Shown here: positions 19,702 to 30,749 of the stretch, piece by piece | Layout of the letters: every line of letters starts with the position of its first letter | How positions within the stretch are numbered: the stretch's first letter is position 1 | Source of the DNA: Candidatus Aminicenantes bacterium | GTDB taxonomy: Bacteria > Acidobacteriota > Aminicenantia > Aminicenantales > Saccharicenantaceae | DNA length: 64,000 nucleotides | Reading direction: 5' to 3' | Assembly: GCA_963813235.1 (NCBI GenBank) | Contig: CAWEYF010000021.1 | Location: 1,587 to 65,586 of the forward strand | Translations under genes and position numbers: made by a program | The notes under the pieces: model-generated | The model's database searches: none | What the model saw: the letters and a program-made list of their open reading frames with translations, nothing else | Told to the model about the DNA's origin: nothing

Positions 19702-20240
19702 AACGCGAGAGCCGCGGCTACGTCCTCATCATCCTGATGATGGCCGTTTTCGTCCTCGCGATAGGCCTCACGGTGGCCGTCCCCGTCCTCGAGACCGAGC
19801 TGCGTCGGGAAAAAGAAGAGGAGCTCATCTTCCGCGGCCGGCAGTATGTCGAGGCCGTCCGGCTCTACCAGACGAAGAACCCGGGCCGGTTCCCGACGTC
19901 CCTCAAAGAGCTCTTGGACAAGAGATTCCTCCGGAAGCTTTACCCGGACCCCATGACGGCCTCAGGCGAATGGGACGTCGTGCTCGATCCCGGCGGTCAG
20001 GCCGGCGCCGAGGCCGGAGGGACGCGCCAGGTCCTCGTCGCTCCCCTCTCCGCCCTCGGTTCCGTCCAGAATCCGATCGTCCTTGGCGTCGTGAGCTCCT
20101 CGACCAAGAGGTCCATCCGCCTCTACGAGGACCAGGATCGTTACGACAAGTGGCTCTTCTATTACGGTCACGATCCCGCAACTCAGCCGAACATCGTCCA
20201 TTTGGGCCGGGAAGAGAAGGAAACGGGAGAGGACCCGTGA
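19695..20240 (+). CDS. Type II secretion minor pseudopilin-like protein
   Basis: G|YVLIIL (no E5); REKEEEL.FRG; FLRKLYPDPMT. Confidence 0.75.
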   Translation: MVKRESRGYVLIILMMAVFVLAIGLTVAVPVLETELRREKEEELIFRGRQYVEAVRLYQTKNPGRFPTSLKELLDKRFLRKLYPDPMTASGEWDVVLDPGGQAGAEAGGTRQVLVAPLSALGSVQNPIVLGVVSSSTKRSIRLYEDQDRYDKWLFYYGHDPATQPNIVHLGREEKETGEDP

Positions 20241-21415
20241 CGGGCCCCGTTCTCATTGTCGCGGGGGAAAGCTCCGGCGAGAGATACGGCGCGGCCCTCG
20301 TTCGCGAATTCCGGAAGCTCCACCCGGAAACGGCGTTCTTCGGGATCGGAGGCGGGCGGATGGCCGCCCAAGGAGTCGAGATCCTCTTCCCGATGGAGCA
20401 CCTGGCGGTGATGGGGATCTTCGAGGTCCTTTCGCAGGTCCCGCGCATCCGTCGGATCTTCCGCGGCCTCGCCAGGGAGGCCGCATCCCGGCGGCCCGCC
20501 GCCGCCGTCCTCATCGACTCGCCGGATTTCAATCTCCGCCTGGCGAAGAAGCTCCGGAAGGCCGGGATCCCGGTCCTTTATTACGTCAGCCCCACGGTCT
20601 GGGCCTGGCGGAGGGGCCGTCTCAAGACCGTGCGGAGATACGTCTCCAGGATGATGTTGATCTTCCCCTTCGAAGAGGAGATCTACAGATCCGAGGACAT
20701 TCCGGCCGCCTACATCGGCCATCCCCTGCTCGAACGCGTCCGGACGGAGTTCGGCCGCGTCGAATTCTTCGCGAAATACGGGTTCGACCCCGCGAGGAAG
20801 CTCATCGTCCTCCTCCCGGGCAGCCGGCGGGGCGAGCTCCGGTACCACGCTCCTGTCCTCGCCGAGACCGTCGACCGGCTCCGGGGTCCTTCCGACATCC
20901 AGTTCGCACTCGTCCTCGCGGAGAATATCGACCGGGACGAGCTGAAGGCTTCCTGGCCGGGACCCATCGAGGAACTGGCCGTCCTCGACCGGGACGGGTA
21001 CGAGGCCATGGCCGCGGCGGACGTCGTTCTGTCCTCGTGCGGCACGGCCACCCTGGAAGCCGCCCTGCTCGGCACCCCGGTCGTCGCGTTCTATCGGATA
21101 TCCCCGCTGACCTACCGCGTCGGCCGCCGGCTCGTCAGGATCAGCCATTACAGCATCGTCAACATCCTGGCCGGCAGGCCGGTCGTCCCCGAACTTATCC
21201 AGGGAGATTTCACGGCCGGGAACCTCGCCCGCGAAGCGCTCCGCGTCCTGGGCTCGGAGAATGCCCGACGGGAGATGAAGGAAGCGTTCCTAAGCATACG
21301 CAAGAGCCTGGGAGACGGCCGGGCCTCGGAAAATGCAGCCCTCGAACTGGAGAAGTTCCTGGTCCCGGAAGGATCGGCGGCCGGTCATCCTGCGACATTA
21401 AACGTACGGAGGTGA
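20237..21415 (+). CDS. lpxB: Lipid-A-disaccharide synthase
   Basis: AGESSG, IDSPDFN, YYVSPTVWAWR, LPGSR and GTATLE motifs. GTG 20237 start. Confidence 0.93.
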   Translation: MTGPVLIVAGESSGERYGAALVREFRKLHPETAFFGIGGGRMAAQGVEILFPMEHLAVMGIFEVLSQVPRIRRIFRGLAREAASRRPAAAVLIDSPDFNLRLAKKLRKAGIPVLYYVSPTVWAWRRGRLKTVRRYVSRMMLIFPFEEEIYRSEDIPAAYIGHPLLERVRTEFGRVEFFAKYGFDPARKLIVLLPGSRRGELRYHAPVLAETVDRLRGPSDIQFALVLAENIDRDELKASWPGPIEELAVLDRDGYEAMAAADVVLSSCGTATLEAALLGTPVVAFYRISPLTYRVGRRLVRISHYSIVNILAGRPVVPELIQGDFTAGNLAREALRVLGSENARREMKEAFLSIRKSLGDGRASENAALELEKFLVPEGSAAGHPATLNVRR

Positions 21416-21419
21416 CCCC

Positions 21420-22007
21420 ATGAAACGTTTGCGCGTCCTGGGGCTCGCAGCCCTGCTCGTCGTTTCCTTCGGATGCTCCGGGAAGGAGCCCGCCCCCTCC
21501 GGCGCCTTCGACGCCGGATTCGCCCGGTTCAAAGAGGCCATGGGGAAGAGCGACTTCTCCGCGGCCCTGGCCGACCTCAGGTCATCGTTCGAGGCCTTCC
21601 GGGAAAGGTCCCCGCTCCTCCTCCAGAACGTCAAGTTCGTCATGAACGAATCGGCGAGTTACGGGATCTACGAGCCCCGGACCACCGACGCGTTCGCGGC
21701 CGGGGACGTCATCTACCTGTATCTCGAGCCCGTCGGCCAGGTCCTGAAGGGATCGGGGGACGGAAGGAACGAATTCGGGTTTGCGGCCGATTTTTCCCTC
21801 GAAGACGCGACGGGCAAGGTGCTGGGCGGCCAGAAGGATTTCGCCAGCCCCCGCTTCTCCTCCTGGAACTTCAACACCGAGATCGCGCTGACCTTCAACT
21901 TCTCGTTCACGGGCCTTCAGCCCGGACGCTACAAGATCCTCCTTGCCGTCCGGGACGCCCATTCCACGAAGAGCGCCACGGTCGAGAAGTCGTTCGAGAT
22001 GATCTAG
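21420..22007 (+). CDS. hypothetical lipoprotein
   Basis: Signal peptide with SFGC lipobox; beta-rich C-terminus. Confidence 0.7.
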   Translation: MKRLRVLGLAALLVVSFGCSGKEPAPSGAFDAGFARFKEAMGKSDFSAALADLRSSFEAFRERSPLLLQNVKFVMNESASYGIYEPRTTDAFAAGDVIYLYLEPVGQVLKGSGDGRNEFGFAADFSLEDATGKVLGGQKDFASPRFSSWNFNTEIALTFNFSFTGLQPGRYKILLAVRDAHSTKSATVEKSFEMI

Positions 22008-22471
22008 AGGACGAATTCGAGGCGGTCGTCGGGCTTGAGGCCCCGGGCCCGGGCCTCGCCGGCCTTGAGTTCGAGGACGTAGGCGGCCGGGGCGTCCGGG
22101 CCGTAGGTCGGGCACGGGTCGGCCTTGCAGGGGGGGACGTCGGCGGCGATGTGGACGATGCGCCGGTCCCGGCCGAGCCAAATGATATCCAGGGGGACGA
22201 GCGTGTTCTTCATCCAGAATGAATTGAGCCCCTCCTCTTCGAAGACAAAGAGCATGCCCTGGTCGGGCCGGATCCTCTCCCGGAACATCAGCCCGCGCGC
22301 CCGCTCCTCTTCGGTTCTGGCCAACTCGGCCGTGATCGAGCTCCCGTCGGGGAAAAAGACCCTGACGAACTTGTCGTTCGCCGGGGTCCGGCAGAAGGCC
22401 TGAAGCCCGGCCGCGAGGAACGTCAGTCCCATGAGCGCCGCAGCCGCCCGGTTCCTGGATCTCGAAATCAT
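22004..22471 (-). CDS. DUF192 family protein
   Basis: ARGLMFR, GMLFVF, FWMKNT..PLDII and VLEL.AG motifs. Confidence 0.88.
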   Translation of the reverse strand: MISRSRNRAAAALMGLTFLAAGLQAFCRTPANDKFVRVFFPDGSSITAELARTEEERARGLMFRERIRPDQGMLFVFEEEGLNSFWMKNTLVPLDIIWLGRDRRIVHIAADVPPCKADPCPTYGPDAPAAYVLELKAGEARARGLKPDDRLEFVL

Positions 22472-22513
22472 CGTCGGCTCCTGTCTCTCTCGGAATTTAC
22501 CGTCCCGGCCGCT

Positions 22514-23182
22514 TCATTCCTCGCCCTCCTCGCCTGTCCCCCGAGCCCCGCGCTGCACCAGCGGAACGAACCGGACCCCGATCAGCGCCTTCCTCCTGTA
22601 GGAATCCCCTTCGCGCCGGATCAGGACGAGCTCCTGGGATCCCAGCCCCACGGGAACGATCATCCGGCCGCCCGGGGCCAGCTGGAGCTCGAGCGCTTCG
22701 GGGACCGAGGCGGGGGCGGCCGTGACGACGATGCCGTCGAAGGGAGCGGCGTCCGGCCATCCGGCCGACCCGTCCCCGATCCGGAAACGGATGTTTTCGT
22801 ATCCGAGGGCCTCGAGTCTTGCTTTCGCCCGGAGGGAAAGCTCCTCGACGAGCTCGATCGTCCAGATCTCCCCGGCCGCTTCCGCCAGGACGGCGGTCTG
22901 GTAGCCCGATCCGGTCCCCACCTCGAGCACCTTCTCCGCTCCCCGGAGCCGCAGGGCCTCGGTCATGTAAGCGACGATATAGGGTTGGGATATGGTCTGG
23001 CCGCGGCCGATGGGCAAGGGTTCGTCGGCATAGGCCAAGGCAGCCATGTCATCCGGAACGAAGAGATGGCGGGGGACCCGGGCCATGGCCGAGAGGACCC
23101 TCTCGTCCTCGAGGCCCCTGGCTCTGAGCTGAGTTGCGACCATCCTCAGCCGCTCGTCCTCCCGATCGGGGATCATCTGCAC
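22514..23182 (-). CDS. pcm: Protein-L-isoaspartate O-methyltransferase
   Basis: VPRHLFV, GQTISQP, VLEVGTGSGY and VRFVPL motifs. Confidence 0.95.
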   Translation of the reverse strand: MQMIPDREDERLRMVATQLRARGLEDERVLSAMARVPRHLFVPDDMAALAYADEPLPIGRGQTISQPYIVAYMTEALRLRGAEKVLEVGTGSGYQTAVLAEAAGEIWTIELVEELSLRAKARLEALGYENIRFRIGDGSAGWPDAAPFDGIVVTAAPASVPEALELQLAPGGRMIVPVGLGSQELVLIRREGDSYRRKALIGVRFVPLVQRGARGTGEEGEE

Positions 23183-23239
23183 TCCATTCGGCGGATCGAC
23201 CGCCGGCTCCTCGGCGGGCCGGGGACGGCTCCCGGACGG

Positions 23240-24755
<1,516 letters not shown>

Positions 24756-24852
24756 GGTGAGGGGAAAATCCCCCTTCATTTCATCCTTAGAGGTGATTGA
24801 CCGTCCCGGGGCGAGATGTCATTTTAGTCGCGCGAAGGAAAAGGCATAGACC

Positions 24853-25230
24853 ATGACGTGGAAAGAACCGCCTCCGGAAGCCGCCCGGACGTTCTCCCAA
24901 GAAGGGCTTGGCTTCAATCTCGACCTGCCGATGCGGGTCATGGGACGCGACACGTCCGGCTGCGATTTCCAGGAACGGACGGTTCTTGAGACTATGAGCC
25001 ACGCGGAGGCGGCCTTCGAGCTCCGGAGCCCTATTGCCCGGGGAACGGATCTCAAGCTCGTCGTCAGCCTGCCCCGCAAGCTCTCCGACGCGGGCGAACT
25101 CAACCTCGTTATCCGGGGTCGCGTCGTTTCCCTCGCTTCCGCCGGCCTGGGAAGGATAGGTCGGCGGGTATCCTTGAAACTGGAGTCCCGATACGTCATC
25201 AAACCGCCGGTCGAGGACGATTCTTCATGA
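24853..25230 (+). CDS. degenerate PilZ-like protein
   Basis: Aligns by eye with neighbouring paralogs (L.LP..V.G....G..F.E.T.....S......L...G..L.L...LP). Lacks RxxxR and D/NxSxxG. Confidence 0.65.
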   Translation: MTWKEPPPEAARTFSQEGLGFNLDLPMRVMGRDTSGCDFQERTVLETMSHAEAAFELRSPIARGTDLKLVVSLPRKLSDAGELNLVIRGRVVSLASAGLGRIGRRVSLKLESRYVIKPPVEDDSS

Positions 25231-25280
25231 TGGGCCCGGCGCGGGAATTAGCCGAGCCCGATGAGGCATTCCCCGGAAAA

Positions 25281-25300
25281 ATCACCCCGGGAATCACCCC
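25281..25300 (+). repeat. ATCACCCC direct repeat (12-bp period), putative operator
   Basis: ATCACCCC-GGGA-ATCACCCC upstream of a TTGCCG-17-AAGAAT promoter-like sequence. Confidence 0.45.
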
Positions 25301-25346
25301 CCGGGGGGTTGCCGGCCGACAGGCGAATTGAAAGAATGGAAGAGGC

Positions 25347-25730
25347 ATGAACACAGAGCAGACATCCCTGACGGATCGACCCGATCCTTCCTTCCGCGGC
25401 GCGACCGCGGGGAGGAGAGAGAGAGCTTTCGATCTCTCCCTTCCGGCGCTCGTGTCCGGACAGGACGCCTCGGGAAGGCGGTTCGAGGAGAGGACCGACA
25501 TCTCCTCCATCAGCGCCCAGGAGGTCTCCTTCCGGCTCAAGACGCGGATCCTCGTCGGCAGCAAGCTTGTCCTGAACCTGGACGTGCCCAGGACCCTCAT
25601 CCTGGAGAAACCCCTCCGGCTCCTCCTTTCGGGATCCGTCGTCTCCGCCAGCGCCGAGGACGGCCGGGGCCGGCGGCAGAACGTCTCCGCCCTCCTCGAC
25701 AGGACCTACAAACTCCTTACAGATTCCTGA
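25347..25730 (+). CDS. PilZ-like protein, partly degenerate
   Basis: RRERAFDLSLP; GRRFEERTDISSISAQE; GSKLVLNLDVP. Confidence 0.7.
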   Translation: MNTEQTSLTDRPDPSFRGATAGRRERAFDLSLPALVSGQDASGRRFEERTDISSISAQEVSFRLKTRILVGSKLVLNLDVPRTLILEKPLRLLLSGSVVSASAEDGRGRRQNVSALLDRTYKLLTDS

Positions 25731-25803
25731 GCCCGCGCCCCGGGACGATCAGCCATCACCCGTCTTACGGCGCTGTTATTCCACGCCTGTCCCACGACTT
25801 AAC

Positions 25804-25833
25804 TTGACACCCCTGCGGGGAATAACATAGAAT
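25804..25833 (+). promoter_or_regulatory. sigma70-like promoter for the LuxR-family gene
   Basis: TTGACA-18 bp-TAGAAT. Confidence 0.6.
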
Positions 25834-25863
25834 TCTTCTACGGAAACGATTCGAAGGGGTCCC

Positions 25864-26559
25864 ATGAACATGGACAAGAAGAAAGCCCAGCCGCCCGAAG
25901 CCAAAAAGATCAGCATTCTGGTCTTTTGCCCCTCCGACATCATCCTCTCGGGGATCCTCAAGGCCCTGGAGGCCGACCCCGGACTGGACATTCTGAACAT
26001 CGAGAAGAACACGATCGACAGCTTCATGGAATCGATCAGGAAGCTCAAGCCCGAGGTCATCCTGTTCGCCAACCTGGAACCCCTGCCCAACATGCGGGAG
26101 ATCTGCAAGGCTGTCAAGGAGATCGCCAAGGTCCAGGTCAAGACCCAGCTCCTGCTCATGGGCAATATCCCCGCCCACGAGGAGATCGTGAACCTGATCA
26201 ATTCGGGGGCTCGGGGCTATTTCGACCTCAACGACCCGTCGAACCAGCTCGCCGAGGCCGTGCATTCGGTCCACAAGGGGGAGATCTGGCTCCCGCGGGA
26301 CAAGATGTCGAGCATCATGGACCGGATCATCTCGGTCGTCGGCCGCGACCTCAAGGAAAAAACGCTCGACCAGCTCACCCCGACCGAGTTCCAGGTCCTC
26401 AGGCTCATCGGGCAGGGAAAGAGCAACGACGACATCGCGGAGGTCATGTTCATCAGCAAGAACACCGTCCGCTCCCACATCAAGAGCATCTACGCCAAGC
26501 TCGACACGCACAGCCGTCTCCAATTAGCGCTCTACGCCATCAACTCCGCCCTGTTTTAA
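25864..26559 (+). CDS. LuxR/NarL-family regulator with pseudo-receiver domain (VpsT/CsgD-like)
   Basis: C-terminal LT..E..VL.LI..GKSN..IA..MFIS.NTVRSH HTH. The receiver lacks the acidic pair, phospho-Asp and conserved Lys, and carries a GEIWLPR motif. Confidence 0.85.
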   Translation: MNMDKKKAQPPEAKKISILVFCPSDIILSGILKALEADPGLDILNIEKNTIDSFMESIRKLKPEVILFANLEPLPNMREICKAVKEIAKVQVKTQLLLMGNIPAHEEIVNLINSGARGYFDLNDPSNQLAEAVHSVHKGEIWLPRDKMSSIMDRIISVVGRDLKEKTLDQLTPTEFQVLRLIGQGKSNDDIAEVMFISKNTVRSHIKSIYAKLDTHSRLQLALYAINSALF

Positions 26560-26571
26560 GACGAGGACCCC

Positions 26572-26963
26572 ATGAAAAAAACAGCGACCCCCAAGAAGAC
26601 CGCGAAGAAGCTCCCGTCTGGATCAAGATCAACCGTCGCCGGGAATGGCGCTTGGATCTTCCCCTCGCCGCGGAGATCGAGGGCCAGCTGCCCGAGGGCA
26701 GGAAGTTCAAGGAAGAGACGCGGCTCGAGAACATCTCCTCGACCGGAGCCTATTTCTGCCTGGATTCGGGCGTCGTGGTCGGCTCCAAGCTCAATCTGAT
26801 CCTCGATCTCCCCAAAGAGCTCACGGACGGCCGGACGATGAAGATGTGCCTGGGCGGGATCACCGTCCGGCTTGAGAAGCCCGATAAGAAGACCAAGAAG
26901 CAGGGCGTCGCCGTCCGCTTCAGCAAGGACTTCCGGGTCATCCCCGAAAAGAAGAAGAAATAG
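26572..26963 (+). CDS. PilZ domain protein (one frameshift near the N-terminus)
   Basis: RREWR (RxxxR), ENISSTG (NxSxxG) and GVAVRF. Confidence 0.8.
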
Positions 26964-26967
26964 CCCC

Positions 26968-27594
26968 GTGCTCACCGTCGCCCTCACGGGAGGGATCGCC
27001 TGCGGCAAGTCCGTGGTCGCCCGGGTCCTCCGCGAAAAAGGCTGCTATGTCCATAGCGCCGACCGGACCGCGCATGAACTAATGGCGCCGCGCGGTGCCG
27101 CTTACCGACCCGTTGTCGAGCGCTTCGGGAAGGGCATCCTCACCGACGACGGGACCATCGACCGGAAGAAGCTCGGGGCCGTCGTCTTCGCGGACGCGAC
27201 GGCCCGCGCGGCACTCGACGCCATTGTCCACCCCCTCGTCCTGGAAACGACCCGCCGCCTTGTTGCGGATGTCGAAGCGTCCGGCCGATCCGCCCTCTTC
27301 GTGACGGAGGCCGCCCTGACCGTCGAGGCGGGCTTCGCATCGTTTTACGACAGGGTCGTTGTCGTGACCTGCGACGAGGAGACCCGAGTCCGGAGGCTTA
27401 TGGCACGCGACGGGATCGGGCGTGACGAGGCCCTTCGAAAGATCGGGGCCCAGATGCCCCAGGCGGAAAAGCTCGGGCGCGCGGACTACGTGATAGACAC
27501 GTCCGGGACGCTTGCCGAAACGGTCGAACAGATAGAGCGCGTCCACGCCATGCTCGTGCGGGACGGCGAGCTCAAGGGCCGCCGAGATCCCTGA
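26968..27594 (+). CDS. coaE: Dephospho-CoA kinase
   Basis: LTGGIACGKS, IDRKKLGAVVF, IVHP and AQMP..EK...ADYVI motifs. Confidence 0.93.
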   Translation: MLTVALTGGIACGKSVVARVLREKGCYVHSADRTAHELMAPRGAAYRPVVERFGKGILTDDGTIDRKKLGAVVFADATARAALDAIVHPLVLETTRRLVADVEASGRSALFVTEAALTVEAGFASFYDRVVVVTCDEETRVRRLMARDGIGRDEALRKIGAQMPQAEKLGRADYVIDTSGTLAETVEQIERVHAMLVRDGELKGRRDP

Positions 27595-27614
27595 CCCGGA
27601 TCGGCCTGGGACGC

Positions 27615-28040
27615 CTAGCGGTAGTCCTTGAGCGAGACCAGGACTGCCGACCAGGGACAGAATCGGCCGACGGTCCCCACCCAATACGCGATGTCCTTCT
27701 CGACGTCGGACGGGAGACCGTCGCAGAGCTCCATCGTAACCTCGGCCATTTGGACGTCCTCGGGATCGATGTGCCAATGCCACGGCGCGTTATAGGAAAC
27801 CGGTCCGTCGATGAGGCGGCCGCTGGGGATCCGGGCTTCGGTCTGCCCGTTAGACAGGGCCAGGACCTGTTCGATAGTCTGCGGGTTGGTGATAAAAATG
27901 CTGTAGCGCTCCCCCTGGACGTTGAAGGTCGCCAGTACGCCTCCATCGAGTTTCGGGGAGGTCGGCGACGGGCAGGCGGCAAGAACCGTCGCCGCCAGGA
28001 AAAGACCCGTGACCCATTTCGCGAAAAGCCGCCCGTTCAT
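27615..28040 (-). CDS. lipoprotein, BP74-related domain
   Basis: LAAC lipobox; YN.PW.WH.DP, ELCDG.P and FCPWS, recalled from the BP74-like family. Confidence 0.6.
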   Translation of the reverse strand: MNGRLFAKWVTGLFLAATVLAACPSPTSPKLDGGVLATFNVQGERYSIFITNPQTIEQVLALSNGQTEARIPSGRLIDGPVSYNAPWHWHIDPEDVQMAEVTMELCDGLPSDVEKDIAYWVGTVGRFCPWSAVLVSLKDYR

Positions 28041-28065
28041 CGTCCCGAAACCCCGGATCGCGGCC

Positions 28066-29004
28066 TCACCCGCCGGACTTCAACCCGGCGGCGAGGAGCG
28101 GGATCATGATCTCGTGGGGACCGACGAAGTAGAATCCCCTCCCCTTCCTCCCGAGCGGCCGGCGGACGACGTTCTCTTCCGGCCTGTAATGGCGGTTGAA
28201 ATCGAAGACCGCCGTGGTCAACCCGTCGAGGCGGACGCCCTTGTTCCGGACGAAGGCCACCGCCTTGAGGAAGACTTCGGGAAGGAGGACGGCCGAACCG
28301 ACGTTGATATAGACGCCGCCCTCGAGCCTCCCGACGAGGGACGCGAACGTGAAGAAATCCCGGAGCGAGCCTTCTCCGGTCGCGGCCCCGTCGGCGCCCG
28401 GGTGGAAGTGGATGATGTCCGTCCCCACGGCGACGTGGACGGTCACGGGGATGCGCAGCCGGTGGCCGGCCGCGAGGAGGCTCAGTCCGCGGTGGGGAAA
28501 CCGCGAACCGGCGATCATCCGGCCGACCGCTTCGCCGAGCCCCAGCCCTTCCGCGACACCGTCGCGGATCGCCCGGTTGAGGTATTCCCCCGTCTCGCGG
28601 GCCACCCCGAAACCGCCGTCGCGGATCCGCTCCCCGACGTCCTCGGACGTCCGGCCGGCGTAGGCGATCTCGAAATCGTGGACGATCCCGGCGCCGTTGA
28701 GGGCCAGACCCTGGACGAATCCCCGCTCCATGAGGTCGATGAGGACCGGCTGGAGCCCGACCTTGATCACGTGGGCGCCGCAGCCGAAAAGGATGGGCTT
28801 CCCCCGGCCGCGGGCCTTTCTCACGAGCCCCAGGAATTCGCGGAAGTCGCGGGACGCGAGGATGTCGGGAAGCGAGGCGATGAACGCGTCGAGGGTCGCC
28901 CCGGTCGGGAGGGGCCGGGCGAAGGCGCCGGCGTCGATCTTGCTCCGACGGCCGCGGAGCGGATACGTCCTCAGGCCTTCGGCGGAGAGGAGGTTCGGTT
29001 TCAC
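28066..29004 (-). CDS. conserved hypothetical protein, deoxyhypusine-synthase-like fold
   Basis: GAHVIK, NGAGIVHDFE, PVTVHVAVGTD and GSAVLLPEVFLK motifs. Confidence 0.6.
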   Translation of the reverse strand: MKPNLLSAEGLRTYPLRGRRSKIDAGAFARPLPTGATLDAFIASLPDILASRDFREFLGLVRKARGRGKPILFGCGAHVIKVGLQPVLIDLMERGFVQGLALNGAGIVHDFEIAYAGRTSEDVGERIRDGGFGVARETGEYLNRAIRDGVAEGLGLGEAVGRMIAGSRFPHRGLSLLAAGHRLRIPVTVHVAVGTDIIHFHPGADGAATGEGSLRDFFTFASLVGRLEGGVYINVGSAVLLPEVFLKAVAFVRNKGVRLDGLTTAVFDFNRHYRPEENVVRRPLGRKGRGFYFVGPHEIMIPLLAAGLKSGG

Positions 29005-29063
29005 CGGATGCGTCGGGAGGGCGACATGGTTGCGTTGACGGCGGAGCGGCGGCCCGGTCAGGG

Positions 29064-29351
29064 CTAGGAGGCCCTGGATTTCGAAAGAAGGTTCTTCAGC
29101 TCCTGGCCGGGGCGGAACTTGATGCGCTGGCCCTTCTCGATCCGGATCTGCTTCTGCCGGCGGATGTCCCGGCCGAAGCCCGTCTTCTTGGCGACGACGC
29201 GGAAGCTGCCGAACCCGCGGATCTCCACTTTTTCATTCCTGGACAGCGCGGCCTTCAGGGAATCCAGGATCGATTCGACGATCACCAGCGACTTCGCCCT
29301 GTTGAATTCGGACTTCTTCTCGATCGCGAGGGCGATGTCGTTCTTGATCAT
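29064..29351 (-). CDS. HU/IHF family DNA-binding protein
   Basis: VEIRGFGSF; KFRPG.ELK. Confidence 0.9.
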   Translation of the reverse strand: MIKNDIALAIEKKSEFNRAKSLVIVESILDSLKAALSRNEKVEIRGFGSFRVVAKKTGFGRDIRRQKQIRIEKGQRIKFRPGQELKNLLSKSRAS

Positions 29352-29427
29352 CCTCGTCTCCTTGATTCCGCGCGAACAGTTTATAATTAATGAATCGCCG
29401 GATAAATGTCAAGAGAATTATAACTCA

Positions 29428-29456
29428 TTGACTTGACAATGATTAGTTCCTATAAT
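29428..29456 (+). promoter_or_regulatory. sigma70 promoter for the nfeD operon (near-leaderless)
   Basis: TTGACT-17 bp-TATAAT, with the -10 box ending 9 nt before ATG 29466. Confidence 0.7.
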
Positions 29457-29465
29457 GAACTCATC

Positions 29466-30749
29466 ATGCGCCGGAGAATCCGGGCCCTGTTTTTTATCCT
29501 TTTGTCTCCGGCGATCGCCGCGGCCGAGGTCCGCAAGATCACCGTCAACGCGCCCATCCACCCCGTCACTTCCGAGTACATCGTCGGCGCGATCCGGGCC
29601 GCGGAGAAGGCGAACGCCCGCCTCCTCGTCATCGGCCTCAACACGCCGGGAGGACTGGACACGTCCATGAGGGAGATCATCGAAGCCGTCGTCAACGCCA
29701 AGGTCCCGGTCGCCGCTTACGTGAGCCCGAGCGGCGCCCGCGCGGCCTCCGCCGGCTTCTTCATCGGCGTCGCCTGCGACGTCTTCGCCATGGCTCCGGG
29801 GACCAATACCGGAGCGGCCCACCCGGTGGGGATCTCGCTCACCGGGCAGGCGATGGACAAGACCATGGAGGACAAGGTCACGCACGACGCGGCCTCGTAT
29901 ATCAAGACCCTGGCCGAAAAGCGCGGCCGGAACGTTTCCATGGCTGAGGATGCCGTCCGCAGGAGCCTGTCCTACACGGAGGAAGAGGCCCTCAAAGGCG
30001 GGCTGATCGACCTCATCGCAAAGAACGACCGCGACCTCGTCGCGCGCCTCGACGGGAAGGTTCTCAAGCGTTTCGACGGAGCCGAGACCACGCTCGCGCT
30101 CGCCGGAGAGCCCCTCATCGAGGTCCCGATGAGCTTCCGGCAGAGGTTCCTGCTGACCATCTCCAACCCCAACCTCGCTTACATCCTGCTCATGATCGGC
30201 CTTCTCGGCCTCTATTTCGAATTCGCGAATCCCGGGGCCGTCCTGCCCGGCGTCCTGGGCGGTATCTCCCTTCTCTTGGCCGTCTTCGCGTTCCAGATCC
30301 TGCCCATCAACTACGTGGGGCTCCTCCTGATCCTCCTGGCCATCGCCCTGTTCATCCTCGAGGTCAAGGTCCACAGCTACGGCGTCCTTTCGGTAGGAGG
30401 CGTCATCGCCATGCTCATCGGGTCCATGATGCTCATCGATTCCCCGGTGCCGGAACTGCGGCCAAGCCTGCGGCTCATCGTTCCCGCGGCCGCGGGGATC
30501 TCGCTCGTCTGCATCTTCCTGGTGACCCTGGTCATCCGGGCCCAGGCCCGCCGCGCGGTCACCGGCCGGGAAGGCATGGTCGGAGAGGTCGGGACCGCCC
30601 GGACCGACCTTGCCCCCTCCGGAAAGGTCTTCGTCCACGGCGAGCTCTGGGAAGCCGAATCCGACCAACCCGTCCGCACGGGCGAACGGGTGACGGTCGT
30701 GGAAGTCGAAAAGAATCTTAAGATCAAGGTAAAGAAGGAGGGAATATGA
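29466..30749 (+). CDS. nfeD: NfeD family membrane-bound serine protease (long form)
   Basis: [25 protein letters not shown] region and C-terminal OB fold ([12 protein letters not shown]). Confidence 0.92.
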   Translation: MRRRIRALFFILLSPAIAAAEVRKITVNAPIHPVTSEYIVGAIRAAEKANARLLVIGLNTPGGLDTSMREIIEAVVNAKVPVAAYVSPSGARAASAGFFIGVACDVFAMAPGTNTGAAHPVGISLTGQAMDKTMEDKVTHDAASYIKTLAEKRGRNVSMAEDAVRRSLSYTEEEALKGGLIDLIAKNDRDLVARLDGKVLKRFDGAETTLALAGEPLIEVPMSFRQRFLLTISNPNLAYILLMIGLLGLYFEFANPGAVLPGVLGGISLLLAVFAFQILPINYVGLLLILLAIALFILEVKVHSYGVLSVGGVIAMLIGSMMLIDSPVPELRPSLRLIVPAAAGISLVCIFLVTLVIRAQARRAVTGREGMVGEVGTARTDLAPSGKVFVHGELWEAESDQPVRTGERVTVVEVEKNLKIKVKKEGI

